From the NCBI GenBank assembly GCA_019358915.1, contig JAHHIM010000001.1:160001-224000 (forward strand): a stretch of DNA of 64,000 nt, in the 5' to 3' direction. The position numbers and the translations under genes were made by a program. The notes below the pieces were generated by a model, which was not told the origin of the DNA, did not search any database, and was given only the letters and a program-made list of their open reading frames with translations. The DNA comes from Trichormus sp. ATA11-4-KO1 (GTDB lineage Bacteria; Cyanobacteriota; Cyanobacteriia; Cyanobacteriales; Nostocaceae). Positions within the stretch are counted from its first letter, which is position 1; every line of letters begins with the position of its first letter. This document shows, piece after piece, positions 30,204 through 40,840 of the stretch.

Positions 30204-30551
30204 TTAGGCTGTTACAGCGACTGTTTCTGCTGTTTCTGCTGTTTCTGCCTTTTCTTCTGGTAGATCCTGCTTAATAGTCAAGTAACGGATTACTTCCTCG
30301 CTTAAACGCATAGCACGTTCCATCGGAGCGATCGCGCTTCCAGGACAGGTGTAGTTCATTTGAATATAAATGCCGTCCCGGTGCTTTTTAATTTCATAAG
30401 CTAGACGACGTTTACCACGATTTTGGATTTCGATATTCTCGGCACCTTGTTCTTGGAGCAAGTTCTGGTATTTAGCTATCGCTTGCTCTACCTGCTCATC
30501 TCCTAAATCAGGACGCAGGATGTAGATTGTTTCGTAAACTACTGTGGACAT
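30204..30551 (-). CDS. rpsF: 30S ribosomal protein S6
   Basis: [19 protein letters not shown] and EEVIRYL motifs. Confidence 0.97.
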   Translation of the reverse strand: MSTVVYETIYILRPDLGDEQVEQAIAKYQNLLQEQGAENIEIQNRGKRRLAYEIKKHRDGIYIQMNYTCPGSAIAPMERAMRLSEEVIRYLTIKQDLPEEKAETAETAETVAVTA

Positions 30552-30561
30552 AATTTTAAGT

Positions 30562-30653
30562 CTCCTTATGGACTAAAGGGCTGCTGATGAAAATTTATAC
30601 CAAAAATTTAATAGACGTTCTCAGTACTAATCAACATCGAAGCAACAAGGAAC
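30562..30653 (-). ncRNA. rpsF 5' leader (S6:S18 autoregulatory RNA-like)
   Basis: Minus strand UUCCUUG-UUGCU...AGCAG-CCC-UUUAGUCCA-UAAGGAG. The 5' end pairs with the Shine-Dalgarno, an inner hairpin forms and the CCC stays unpaired. TAAGAT -10-like hexamer just upstream. Confidence 0.55.
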
Positions 30654-30833
30654 TATAATCTTACCAGTTTTCAATTTAAATCATCAGCGAAATCCGTCAA
30701 AATTAGTTACCGCTTAACTTTAGGACATAAACTAAACATAAAACACGGACATCAAGAGAATTTTCCCCTGTCCCCTGCTATAGCTATCTGCTAACAGCTT
30801 TCAATCGCAGACAAAAGGATATTAATCAAGGTT

Positions 30834-31607
30834 ATGGCGCAGCGCTATGTGCGAGTTCAAAATCTAGAAGGTAAAATTTACTATGGATTGCTACAACTAT
30901 CCCTGAACGTGCAGGTGCTAGATGCTCCACCCTGGTTGCAAGGGCAACCCACAGACTTAATTCTAGAACCAGATAATTACCAAATTTTGACTCCCTGCTC
31001 TCCCTCAAAAATTGTAGCGGTGGGTAAAAATTATGCAGATCATGCAGAAGAAATGGGTACTACAGTCCCCAAAGAACCATTAATTTTTCTCAAGCCGCCG
31101 ACATCTATTATTGCCTCGGAAACTGAAATCAAGTATCCTCCCCAGTCGCAACGCGTAGACTACGAAGGAGAATTAGCATTAGTAATTGGCGATCGCACTT
31201 GTGACTGCACACTAGAAGAAGCCCAGACCAAAATTTGGGGCTATACCATCGCTAACGATGTGACAGCGAGGGATTTACAACAAAAGGATGGTCAATGGAC
31301 TCGTGCTAAAGGTTTTGATACATTCTGTCCCCTAGGTCCTTGGATTGTTCGAGAATTAAATCCTGGAGCTAGGTTACAAACTTTCTTAAATGATGAAGCA
31401 ACTCCCGTACAATCTGCTTGTATTGATCAGATGGTGTTTCCTCCCGATGTGCTAGTGTCCTATATCAGTCAAGTGATGACACTACTACCAGGAGATATAG
31501 TATTAACGGGTACGCCATTGGGTGTAGGGCCATTGCAAATAGGCGATCGCGTCCGCGTCGAAATTGAAGGCATTGGTCGCTTAGAAAACACCGTAGCGGC
31601 CCGTTAA
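30834..31607 (+). CDS. Fumarylacetoacetate hydrolase family protein
   Basis: KIVAVGKNYADH, DYEGELA, NDVTARD, AKGFDTFCPLGP and GDIVLTGTP motifs. Confidence 0.93.
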   Translation: MAQRYVRVQNLEGKIYYGLLQLSLNVQVLDAPPWLQGQPTDLILEPDNYQILTPCSPSKIVAVGKNYADHAEEMGTTVPKEPLIFLKPPTSIIASETEIKYPPQSQRVDYEGELALVIGDRTCDCTLEEAQTKIWGYTIANDVTARDLQQKDGQWTRAKGFDTFCPLGPWIVRELNPGARLQTFLNDEATPVQSACIDQMVFPPDVLVSYISQVMTLLPGDIVLTGTPLGVGPLQIGDRVRVEIEGIGRLENTVAAR

Positions 31608-31610
31608 CTG

Positions 31611-32087
31611 CTAGCGGACTTGCATATAAACTGCATCAGAAATCGCCGGAATTTCTGCGTAACGTCCAAAGAGGGACTGAGCAACAGAATATACAACCGC
31701 TACCACTATGCCTAAAAAGATAGTGTTGGCGATCGTTTCTATGGCAAAGTCAGCACCAGGAATCGGCCCCACAATTTGCAGCAATATGGAACACAAAAAT
31801 ATTACAATGTTCAAAAGAATTGCTTGCATAGTGTTGAAACGAATGAAGTGACTGATTTTTTCGTTTCGCACCACTAAGAGGAATAAGGCAAAGAAAATAA
31901 TCAGGCTGGCAAAAGGAACAGTCCGATAAATTAGCAGTATGGGACTCAAAGGGATAAATAGCACTGTGAGAACTGGAAACTGTCTCAACAGATAGCTACC
32001 GAAAACTAAACCCTCAATCAAGGGTAGCAAATAAGGTAAACAAGCAAAAATCCGGTCAGAAACCGTTGTAGACCCGCGCCAAGTCAT
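31611..32087 (-). CDS. Tic20/Ycf60 family membrane protein
   Basis: DRIFACLPYLLPL, VVRN...FIRFNTMQAILL and EIPAISDAV motifs. Confidence 0.88.
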   Translation of the reverse strand: MTWRGSTTVSDRIFACLPYLLPLIEGLVFGSYLLRQFPVLTVLFIPLSPILLIYRTVPFASLIIFFALFLLVVRNEKISHFIRFNTMQAILLNIVIFLCSILLQIVGPIPGADFAIETIANTIFLGIVVAVVYSVAQSLFGRYAEIPAISDAVYMQVR

Positions 32088-32165
32088 TATGCGTTCTCCT
32101 GTGGCTAAAATTCAAGAGTTCTTGAGCCTAGGATAACGCAGTTGCTTGGTTTTGCTGATAGTTTC

Positions 32166-32366
32166 TCATGATTCTACATACGCGATCCGGAAGCCCATCA
32201 TACATTCGTATTGCTCTGGTTGGTGAGCAGTCAGTTTGCGAATGGCTTGACCACACCGCAGTTGACCGCCACGCCATCGAGGTTGACCGCTCTCATCGGC
32301 AAGTAAACAAGATTGACAAACTTGCGCGGGGGCAAGAATTTGCTCATCCATTAAAATAACTAACAT
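32166..32366 (-). CDS. Small Cys-rich hypothetical protein
   Basis: ATG 32366 with an AGGAGG RBS; CxxC...C...C pattern suggests metal binding. Confidence 0.65.
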   Translation of the reverse strand: MLVILMDEQILAPAQVCQSCLLADESGQPRWRGGQLRCGQAIRKLTAHQPEQYECMMGFRIAYVES

Positions 32367-33025
32367 GCAATTCCTCCTGTAAATCCTCACTATTGACCCC
32401 TTTTTTCCAGGAAAGACACACTTGATGAGTAGCCAAAATGCAACTAAAGCTAGATTGAGCTGAAGCTGTGCATTGAAACTATTGTGATTGTGTGATGGCG
32501 ATCGCTAATCACGCTTAAGCGCATTCTCCTACGCAGTCCCAATGAAACGAATTTCATTGCCAAAAGACTAAGGACTGGTGAATGGGATTTTTACTCAACA
32601 CATTCAAGTCAGTGGGTGGCAAATCTGGGGCTAGTAACAAAAAATTTCAAGTGAACTTTAATTTATTGTATGTTGTGTATCTGAGATAGCGATTGTTTCG
32701 TCACAACTCATATATAAATTTTGACACCAAGGTTTTAGCAGAGATATTTATCAAGTATCCATTGCATCCCTGCAAAGTTAGCATTGGGAGTATGAAGAGT
32801 GCTGAGTTAAAAGTGCTGAGTAAGGTAAAATTTGAGATTCAGGAATAAAGCTTGATCATCATTAATGCATTAGTTAGGTTGGCATCTAATAATAAATAAG
32901 TCAGCACCAATAAACATCAATAAGTCAGCAGTCAAAAAAAACACAGACTATTGACCGTGAACGTTTACTGAGGTGCTGCTTCACCAAAATCTCCCGTTGT
33001 GCAAATTTCCATAAGGATAGTTGAA

Positions 33026-34309
33026 GTGACTAGGAATAATTCAGACTTTCTGGCTGACTCTGATCCCGCGATCGCTCTGTTAATTAACCAAGAACTACAG
33101 CGTCAACGCGACCACTTAGAGTTGATTGCTAGTGAAAACTTTACCTCGGCTGCTGTACTGGCAGCACAAGGTTCAGCACTGACAAATAAATACGCTGAAG
33201 GATTGCCTGGTAAACGCTACTATGGCGGTTGTGAATTTATCGATAAAATCGAGCAACTAGCGATCGACCGTGCTAAACAATTGTTTGGTGCGGCTCATGC
33301 GAATGTACAACCCCATGCTGGCGCTCAGGCAAATTTTGCAGTTTTCCTCACATTACTGGAACCAGGTGACAAAATCATGGGCATGGATTTGTCTCATGGG
33401 GGACATCTCACCCACGGTTCGCCAGTGAATGTTTCCGGTAAGTGGTTCCAAGTTTGCCACTACGGCGTGAGCCAACAAACAGAACAGCTAGACTATGACC
33501 AAATTCGGGAGCTGGCGCTGAGGGAGCGTCCCAAGCTCTTAATTTGCGGTTATTCAGCTTATCCCCGTGTGATTGATTTTGCCAAGTTTCGCAGCATTGC
33601 TGATGAAATTGGTGCTTACTTACTAGCTGATATTGCTCATATCGCTGGTTTAGTTGCGAGTGGTCTTCATCCTAACCCCATCCCTGACTGTGATGTAGTC
33701 ACAACAACAACTCATAAAACTCTGCGTGGCCCTCGCGGTGGTTTGATTTTGACCCGCGACGCAGAACTGGGCAAAAAGCTAGACAAATCAGTGTTCCCTG
33801 GCACTCAAGGTGGGCCTTTAGAACATGTGATTGCGGCTAAAGCAGTAGCTTTTGGAGAAGCACTGAAACCAGATTTTAAGACTTATTCTGCTCAAGTGAT
33901 TGATAATGCTCGTGCCTTGGCTCATCAACTCCAAAACCGTGGTTTAAAATTAGTATCAAATGGTACTGATAATCATTTAATGCTAGTAGATTTACAGAAT
34001 ATCGGACTCACAGGTAAGCAAGCCGACCAGCTGGTGAGTGGTGTAAATATTACCGCCAACAAAAATACGGTTCCCTTTGATCCGCAATCACCATTTGTCA
34101 CCAGTGGTTTGAGGTTAGGTTCTCCAGCCATGACCACAAGAGGCTTGGGAGTAGCAGAATTTACCGAGATTGGCAATATTATTGCCGATCGCCTGCTTGA
34201 TCCCGATTCGGAGACAGTCGCCCAAGATTGCCGACAACGGGTAGCAGCATTATGCGATCGCTTCCCCTTGTATCCTCATTGGGAAATTCCTGTACCAGCT
34301 TTAGTGTAG
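33026..34309 (+). CDS. glyA: Serine hydroxymethyltransferase
   Basis: [15 protein letters not shown] and PLP-lysine motif [17 protein letters not shown] start at 33026 after AAGGA. Confidence 0.98.
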   Translation: MTRNNSDFLADSDPAIALLINQELQRQRDHLELIASENFTSAAVLAAQGSALTNKYAEGLPGKRYYGGCEFIDKIEQLAIDRAKQLFGAAHANVQPHAGAQANFAVFLTLLEPGDKIMGMDLSHGGHLTHGSPVNVSGKWFQVCHYGVSQQTEQLDYDQIRELALRERPKLLICGYSAYPRVIDFAKFRSIADEIGAYLLADIAHIAGLVASGLHPNPIPDCDVVTTTTHKTLRGPRGGLILTRDAELGKKLDKSVFPGTQGGPLEHVIAAKAVAFGEALKPDFKTYSAQVIDNARALAHQLQNRGLKLVSNGTDNHLMLVDLQNIGLTGKQADQLVSGVNITANKNTVPFDPQSPFVTSGLRLGSPAMTTRGLGVAEFTEIGNIIADRLLDPDSETVAQDCRQRVAALCDRFPLYPHWEIPVPALV

Positions 34310-34323
34310 GCAGGGGAGCAGGG

Positions 34324-34496
34324 CAGGGCTGATTCGTTCCCTAAAAGGGTTAAAATTGCAAGGGCAAATCCACAATTAAGACCAAAAATTTTGGCATCTT
34401 CAGTCCGAAATACCTGATTTTTCTTTGCGTCTTTGCGCCTTTGCGTGAGATTATCCTCTTGACAAATCTCTAACACAAGCGAATGAAACAGCCCTG
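34324..34496 (-). mobile_element. 173-bp MITE, copy 2 (inverted)
   Basis: Reverse complement of 27078-27250 with about 2 differences. Confidence 0.9.
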
Positions 34497-34605
34497 CCCC
34501 ATCTCCCCATCCCCACTCTCCATGCTGATTAAAGCCGGAAATGTAGTAAATATTAAATAGCAACGTCCCTCGTTTGTCTTAGCAAACTACTTATTGAAAA
34601 TACCG

Positions 34606-35655
34606 ATGCCTGCTCAGATTTATCATCTGATCGCTTTCCTCATTGCCGCAGTAGTCGTCCTCTGGACTACGCCTGATGTTAAAAACATTGGTATAAAAAG
34701 TGGACGTGTGGATCAACCTGGCGATCGCAAAGTCCATAAACGTCCGATGGTACGTTTGGGGGGAGTTTCTATCTTCGCAGGTACTATCGCCTCCTTACTA
34801 ATTATCTGGTGGTTGGGCGGATTCGGAAATTTACCACCTGACAAAGAATGGCAAATCTGGGGTGTTACCTTAGGTGGTCTTGGCTTTTTTCTCATTGGTT
34901 TAGCAGACGATTTGTTAAACCTATCTCCCTTAACACGCCTAATCATGCAAATTATTGTGGCAGCTGGTGCTTGGAAAGCGGGAGTAAGCATAGATTTTAT
35001 TACCATTCCCACAGTCGGGATAGTTGACCTCAATTGGCTCAGTTTGCCCATCACAGTCATTTGGTTGGTAGGGATGGTCAACGCCATTAACTGGATTGAC
35101 GGTTTAGATGGATTAGCTGCTGGGGTATCAGGAATTGCTGCTGTAGTGATGCTGCTTGTGTCTCTGTTGATGCGGCAACCAGAAGCAGCCCTGATTGCCG
35201 CCGCCTTGGCTGGCGCTTCCCTAGGATTTCTGCGTTACAATTTCAACCCAGCACAAATCTTTATGGGGGATGGCGGGGCTTATTTTATGGGATTTACCCT
35301 AGCGGCTGTGGGTGTAATCGGGCTGGTAAAAATCCCTGCTTTTACTGCTGTGATCTTGCCTTATCTAATTTTGGCAGTACCAATTGTAGACATGTCAGCA
35401 GTAATTTTGGCACGAATTTTTAGTGGTAAATTGCCCTGGGTTGCAGATGGACATAGCCATCTACACCATCGACTATTAAAGGCTGGTCTATCCCATCGAT
35501 GGACTGTTTTGTTCATTTACTCTTTAACCCTCTGGGTTGGGAGTCTGGCATTGGCTATTGCTGGTATTCCCAGTGGCATGATTTATGCCAGTGCCACAAC
35601 CTCGCTGCTAAGTTACGTTACCTGGCGAGTGTGGAAACTCTCTCAGCAAAAGTAA
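34606..35655 (+). CDS. WecA/TagO-like undecaprenyl-phosphate GlcNAc-1-phosphate transferase (MraY family)
   Basis: RKVH, RLGG, GLADD, NAINWIDGLDGL, NFNPAQIFMGDGG and HLHHRL motifs. Confidence 0.92.
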   Translation: MPAQIYHLIAFLIAAVVVLWTTPDVKNIGIKSGRVDQPGDRKVHKRPMVRLGGVSIFAGTIASLLIIWWLGGFGNLPPDKEWQIWGVTLGGLGFFLIGLADDLLNLSPLTRLIMQIIVAAGAWKAGVSIDFITIPTVGIVDLNWLSLPITVIWLVGMVNAINWIDGLDGLAAGVSGIAAVVMLLVSLLMRQPEAALIAAALAGASLGFLRYNFNPAQIFMGDGGAYFMGFTLAAVGVIGLVKIPAFTAVILPYLILAVPIVDMSAVILARIFSGKLPWVADGHSHLHHRLLKAGLSHRWTVLFIYSLTLWVGSLALAIAGIPSGMIYASATTSLLSYVTWRVWKLSQQK

Positions 35656-35757
35656 ATAGTGGTTTTCTAAGTGCTTTTCTGAGTGCTGAGTGCTGAGTGC
35701 TGAGTAAAAAATACTATTCCCCATTCCCTATTCCCCATTCCCCACTCTCTTAATTAC

Positions 35758-37017
35758 ATGAGTGCAGAAATTATTTGTGTTGGTACTGAACTACTGCTAG
35801 GAGATATCCTCAACAGTAATGCTCAATTTTTGGCGCAACAATTAGCGCAACTGGGGATTCCTCACTACTATCAAACAGTAGTTGGGGATAACCCAGAACG
35901 ACTGAAGCAAGTTATAGAAATTGCTTTATCAAGAGCGCAAGTTCTGATTTTTACAGGTGGTCTTGGCCCTACACCTGATGACCTGACCTGTGAAACCATC
36001 GCTGATTTCTTTGATGTTCCCTTGGTAGAAAGCCCAGAAATTATCGAAGACATCACTCAGAAATTTGCCCAACGCGGTCGGGTAATGACCCCTACAAACC
36101 GCAAACAAGCGTTGATTCCCCAAGGTGCAAACATTTTACCCAACCCTACTGGTACAGCACCCGGTATTATTTGGCAACCTCGTCCTGAAATCACAATTCT
36201 CACTTTTCCTGGTGTACCGTCAGAAATGCATCGGATGTGGGATGAAACAGCAGTACCTTTTCTCAAAAGCCAAGGTTGGGGCAAAGAAATTATTTACAGT
36301 CGGAGTTTGAAGTTTTGGGGTATTGGTGAATCTGCTTTAGCAGAGAAAGTTGCTCCCTATTTTAATTTGCCTAATCCCACAGTAGCCCCTTATGCAGGTA
36401 AGGGTGAAGTTAGACTGCGTATTTCAGCTAAGGCTGCAACAGATGCAGCAGCTGAGGCTTTGATTGCGCCGATTGAGAAACAACTCAAAGACATTGCGGG
36501 ATTAGATTATTACGGTGCTGATGATGACACTTTGGCTACCGTAGTTGGTCAATTGTTGCGTGTATCAGGAGCCACGCTGTCAGTAGCAGAATCTTGCACT
36601 GGTGGTGGACTAGGGCAAATGTTGACTGATATTTCTGGAAGTTCTGATTACTTTTGGGGTGGGGTAATTTCTTATGACAACTCGGTCAAGGTGGGGTTAC
36701 TGGGAGTGAACCCAGACGACTTAGATAAATTTGGGGCGGTGAGTGCTACTGTTGCAGAACAAATGGCGATAGGGGTAAAAACTCGCCTGGCAACTGCTTG
36801 GGGATTAAGTATTACTGGTATTGCTGGTCCCACTGGTGGAACGGATACTAAACCAGTGGGTTTAGTTTATATTGGTTTAGCTGGGCCAAAAGACGAAGTG
36901 AAAAGTTTTGAGTATCGGTTTGGCACAATGCGGGGGCGTGCTTTAATTCGTTATGTGAGTGCATGTACAGCTTTGGATTTGCTGCGACGAAGATTGTGCA
37001 AAGCGAAGGAAGAATGA
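35758..37017 (+). CDS. cinA: Competence/damage-inducible protein A
   Basis: GTELLLG and GGLGPTPDDLT (MoCF-like domain), plus AESCTGG and SITGIAGP (PncC domain). Confidence 0.95.
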   Translation: MSAEIICVGTELLLGDILNSNAQFLAQQLAQLGIPHYYQTVVGDNPERLKQVIEIALSRAQVLIFTGGLGPTPDDLTCETIADFFDVPLVESPEIIEDITQKFAQRGRVMTPTNRKQALIPQGANILPNPTGTAPGIIWQPRPEITILTFPGVPSEMHRMWDETAVPFLKSQGWGKEIIYSRSLKFWGIGESALAEKVAPYFNLPNPTVAPYAGKGEVRLRISAKAATDAAAEALIAPIEKQLKDIAGLDYYGADDDTLATVVGQLLRVSGATLSVAESCTGGGLGQMLTDISGSSDYFWGGVISYDNSVKVGLLGVNPDDLDKFGAVSATVAEQMAIGVKTRLATAWGLSITGIAGPTGGTDTKPVGLVYIGLAGPKDEVKSFEYRFGTMRGRALIRYVSACTALDLLRRRLCKAKEE

Positions 37018-37304
37018 AGAAATTATATGGGGATTGAGACCCCACCTTTATAGGTGCTGCTGAATCAAAAATTTAGCACTTTACTCTTACCCAAGCTTCC
37101 TTTGGTCGCGATTCGTCAGAGGATCATCCGTCTTCCGTCTGACTTGAAAGTGCTGAGTGCTAAGTGCTGAGTGCTGAGTAAAAATCCCAGTCCCCATTGC
37201 CCCTTATCCCCAGAGGGGGCACCGAGTTCCCCAGTCCCTAGTCCCTCTTTCATACTTGGCTGTGAAACTCGTTTCATTGGGACTTCCCTCTGAGTTCGTT
37301 GAGG

Positions 37305-38357
37305 TTAAGAGAATTCTATAGTCTCCACAAACTCTAAGATATTCTCCTTCATCTCCTCGGCTTCTTCTTCAAGAGAATCTGGTGTTTCACCATTAAAAAA
37401 GCTGTGCTGGCTGCTAACTATATACAAATAGTTAGTATTCATAAATGCGAGAAGCCCTCGGTATGCGTCCAATCTTATGGCAGTACCGTTATTTCCTGGC
37501 TGGGAAATTGTTGAACCCTGAGGCATATCGACTAAAGCAAAGTAAGATCCTTCCATCGTGTCTGCCAAATATTCAGTATATTTCACTTCCGCATTGGGTA
37601 CATTAGTATAAATTGCTTGTGGTAGATACTTATTTATGAGAATTGATTGAAGATATTCTTCCTGTCCAATAGATTCCAATTCCTCTAACTGTTCTGAGGG
37701 TATGGGATAATAATGGATTCTCAACAAAGTGCCGAAGTCATCAGAAAAGCCAACTAACCCTTCTTGACTTTGTACCTTCCCGCCTTGCTGTGGATCTACT
37801 GGAATTGGGACTGAAAAATTACCTAAGGGCGATTCATATACCTCATCGCCATAATCTGTAACGACTACTGTGTCTTCTTCGTCATCTAGGTATTCTTCAT
37901 TTTCTGCTTCTTGAAAGGCGGCTATTACCTCCTGGATAATTTCTTGTGCTTCTTCATCCTCAAGTTCCAAGGCTTGCTGTAATTCTTGGAGGTAAGGTTG
38001 TTTCTGTTTGGGGATCACTAGTTCTTCTTCATCGATTACTACGATTACCCCTGTGGCAAAAGCATCTAACACTAGGTCATCTGTGAGGCTTTCACTGGCA
38101 ACATTAAACAGGTATCCTAGTCCCTCAACTTCTGCCATACCTATGAGTCTATCGACTATTTGGGCAATCTCATCTTCTGAGTATTCCTCAAAAACCTCGA
38201 ATTCCCAAAGGATACTCGCTAAAGTTTCTGCATCCACCTCTTCAACAGAAGAATGAGCGATCGCCGTTGTCACCGCGATCGCTGCTACTGCTTCTTCTGG
38301 ACTCAGTGATTCTTCTGTAACCTCTGATGAATTAAAAATCTTGTCATATTTAGTCAT
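37305..38357 (-). CDS. Very acidic two-domain protein with a TerB-like N-terminus
   Basis: LSPEEAVAAIA... resembles cyanobacterial TerB-family starts; extremely Glu/Asp-rich; GGAGG RBS. Confidence 0.6.
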   Translation of the reverse strand: MTKYDKIFNSSEVTEESLSPEEAVAAIAVTTAIAHSSVEEVDAETLASILWEFEVFEEYSEDEIAQIVDRLIGMAEVEGLGYLFNVASESLTDDLVLDAFATGVIVVIDEEELVIPKQKQPYLQELQQALELEDEEAQEIIQEVIAAFQEAENEEYLDDEEDTVVVTDYGDEVYESPLGNFSVPIPVDPQQGGKVQSQEGLVGFSDDFGTLLRIHYYPIPSEQLEELESIGQEEYLQSILINKYLPQAIYTNVPNAEVKYTEYLADTMEGSYFALVDMPQGSTISQPGNNGTAIRLDAYRGLLAFMNTNYLYIVSSQHSFFNGETPDSLEEEAEEMKENILEFVETIEFS

Positions 38358-38886
38358 AATTACTACCTCCTTTTTTTTGCTAGTACTAACAGATTAAAAG
38401 TAACAATGGTCAGTTTAGTAATGTAGCGAACCTCCTACAATGAAGGTTTGCTAATATCTGGCTGACTCAATGTCCCTCAGAATATCTCCAGTGCTAATTA
38501 ATTTTTACTGAAATTTGCTTGTAGTCAAGTCTTTAATTTACCCTATCCCGAATGTCAAACATACAGAGAGCGAACAGTAATATTTTTATAGGAACTGGGA
38601 TTTATTGAGTAACCTTGATATCCTGAGTATCCCTAGGATGCCTGATATTTCATTTCAGCGTTAATATTTACTTTACAGTTCAATTACCCTAGCAGTACTC
38701 ATCTTGTGCTGGGAACTTTTAGTGAATATAGTACACATCAGGGTAGAATTATAAACTAGCTCAAGATAGATTTTTATACCAAACGAAGGATGACATAATC
38801 CCGTTGTTTGTAGCGATACATAATACTGAGTAAGACTGTACTCATAGTTTGAGCAACCCTAACTTTATAAAACTTTGCTACTTAAT

Positions 38887-40815
38887 ATGGTGAAAAATCC
38901 TCCATCCCAGTTCTCAGAAAATCAATATCAAGTAGATTCTCCTAGTGCAGAAGTAGAATCTCTGATTCAAGTAACATCATTAGATACTGAGATTGACCTA
39001 GAGTTTCTTTACACCAGAGATATTGAATTTCGTCAAGAAACAATTTATTTTCTTGTAGTTGATCGCTTTTATGAAGGTGATCCGGATAACAGCAAAGGTG
39101 CTAACTCAAACCTTTACGATCCGACTGGACAAGATTGGGGTAAGTACTGGGGTGGCGACTTGCAAGGTGTCATCGATAAATTGGACTACCTCAAAAATAT
39201 GGGAGTGACGGCTGTCTGGTTAACTCCCCTGTTTGAGCAAGTAGAAGATTTACTGATTAGCAATGCAGCAATGCATGGTTATTGGACAAAAGACTTTAAA
39301 CGCATTAATCCACGCTACATTGCTCAGGGAGAAAATCCTTCCCTAAATGAAACCCAGGAAACCAAAAACACTACATTTGATCGGTTAATAGCCGAACTGC
39401 ACAAGCGCAACATGAAACTGGTGCTGGATATTGTTTGCAACCACAGTACCCCTGATACCAACGGTAGCAAAGGTGAACTATATGATGATGGAGTCAAAAT
39501 TGCTGACTTCAACAATGATGTCAATCACTGGTATCACCATTATGGTGAAGTGCAAGACTGGGAAGACGAATGGCAAGTGCAAAACTGTGAACTAGCAGGT
39601 TTAGCAACCTTCAATGAAAATAATGCTGAATATCGACAGTACATTAAGTCTGCAATTAAACAATGGCTAGACCGGGGTGTGGATGCACTACGTGTAGATA
39701 CTGTCAAACATATGCCTATCTGGTTTTGGCAAGAGTTCACTGGTGATATGACCAATCACAAACCAGATGTGTTTATTTTTGGAGAATGGATTTATAGCCA
39801 TCCTGGGGACGATCTCTCCGTTGAATTTGCCAATCACTCAGGTATGACCATGCTAGACTTTGGGCTATGCATGGCGATTCGGGCTGCATTGGCGCAAGGT
39901 TCAGACAATGGATTCCAAACAATTCAATACATTTTTGACCAAGACTATCGTTACAGTGGAGCAACAGAGTTAGTTACCTTCATCGATAACCATGATATGC
40001 CCCGCTTCCAATCGCTGAATCCTGATCCAGCGATGCTGAAAGTGGCGATCGCTCTAATTATGACAGCTCGTGGTATTCCCTGCATCTATTACGGCACAGA
40101 ACAGTATCTACATAACGATACCAATGGTGGTAACGATCCGTACAACCGCCCCATGATGGAAAAGTGGGATACTGAAACTGAGATTTATCGTTATATCAGA
40201 TTGCTGTCTGGCTTACGGCGATTGAATCCGGCCATTTCTATGGGTAGCCACTGGCAAAAATACCTCACACCTGACGTTTACTGCTATATCCGTCGCTATG
40301 GGGACTCTGTATGTTTTGTAGCACTGAACCGGGGAGGAGAGGTTACTTTACCAGAAGTAGACACAGAACTACCTGATGGGGAACATACCTGTGTAGTGAC
40401 TCGCAATAAGTATGAAATCCAAGACGGGAAAATTTATGATTTGCGAATCGAAGAACGTGGGGTGATTGTTTTAAGCCGCGTTGGGGAAAGGGTCAAAGGA
40501 CAAACTCTCGTCCGGGTACAACTCAATGGGGTACATACCCAACCAGGTGAAACCATCGTCGTGACTGGAGACTGTCCAGAATTAGGTAACTGGGATATCA
40601 GCAAGGCTTATCCCCTAGAGTACATCAACTCCAACACCTGGTTTGCAGAGATTCCCTTTGATGAAAGTGCTGGTAACTTGATTAGTTATAAATATGCCAT
40701 GTGGCGTGAAGGGCGATCGCCTCTGCGGGAAAATCTAGTCAACCGTCGTTGGGTAATCGCTAAAGAAGGCACTGTCAAATGGCGTGACACCTGGGCACCA
40801 GGACGGGAGTCATAG
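38887..40815 (+). CDS. GH13 alpha-amylase / CGTase-like enzyme with C-terminal CBM20
   Basis: GGDLQG, HGYW, DIVCNH, RVDTVKH, GEW and FIDNHD motifs; CBM20 motif GDCPELGNWD. Confidence 0.92.
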   Translation: MVKNPPSQFSENQYQVDSPSAEVESLIQVTSLDTEIDLEFLYTRDIEFRQETIYFLVVDRFYEGDPDNSKGANSNLYDPTGQDWGKYWGGDLQGVIDKLDYLKNMGVTAVWLTPLFEQVEDLLISNAAMHGYWTKDFKRINPRYIAQGENPSLNETQETKNTTFDRLIAELHKRNMKLVLDIVCNHSTPDTNGSKGELYDDGVKIADFNNDVNHWYHHYGEVQDWEDEWQVQNCELAGLATFNENNAEYRQYIKSAIKQWLDRGVDALRVDTVKHMPIWFWQEFTGDMTNHKPDVFIFGEWIYSHPGDDLSVEFANHSGMTMLDFGLCMAIRAALAQGSDNGFQTIQYIFDQDYRYSGATELVTFIDNHDMPRFQSLNPDPAMLKVAIALIMTARGIPCIYYGTEQYLHNDTNGGNDPYNRPMMEKWDTETEIYRYIRLLSGLRRLNPAISMGSHWQKYLTPDVYCYIRRYGDSVCFVALNRGGEVTLPEVDTELPDGEHTCVVTRNKYEIQDGKIYDLRIEERGVIVLSRVGERVKGQTLVRVQLNGVHTQPGETIVVTGDCPELGNWDISKAYPLEYINSNTWFAEIPFDESAGNLISYKYAMWREGRSPLRENLVNRRWVIAKEGTVKWRDTWAPGRES

Positions 40816-40840
40816 CTTTGGTGTCAACAGTAGCTAGAAA

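Noticed and set aside
27078..34496. Inversion between the oppositely oriented MITE copies 1 and 2
   Set aside because: Swapping their flanks does not restore matching target-site duplications.
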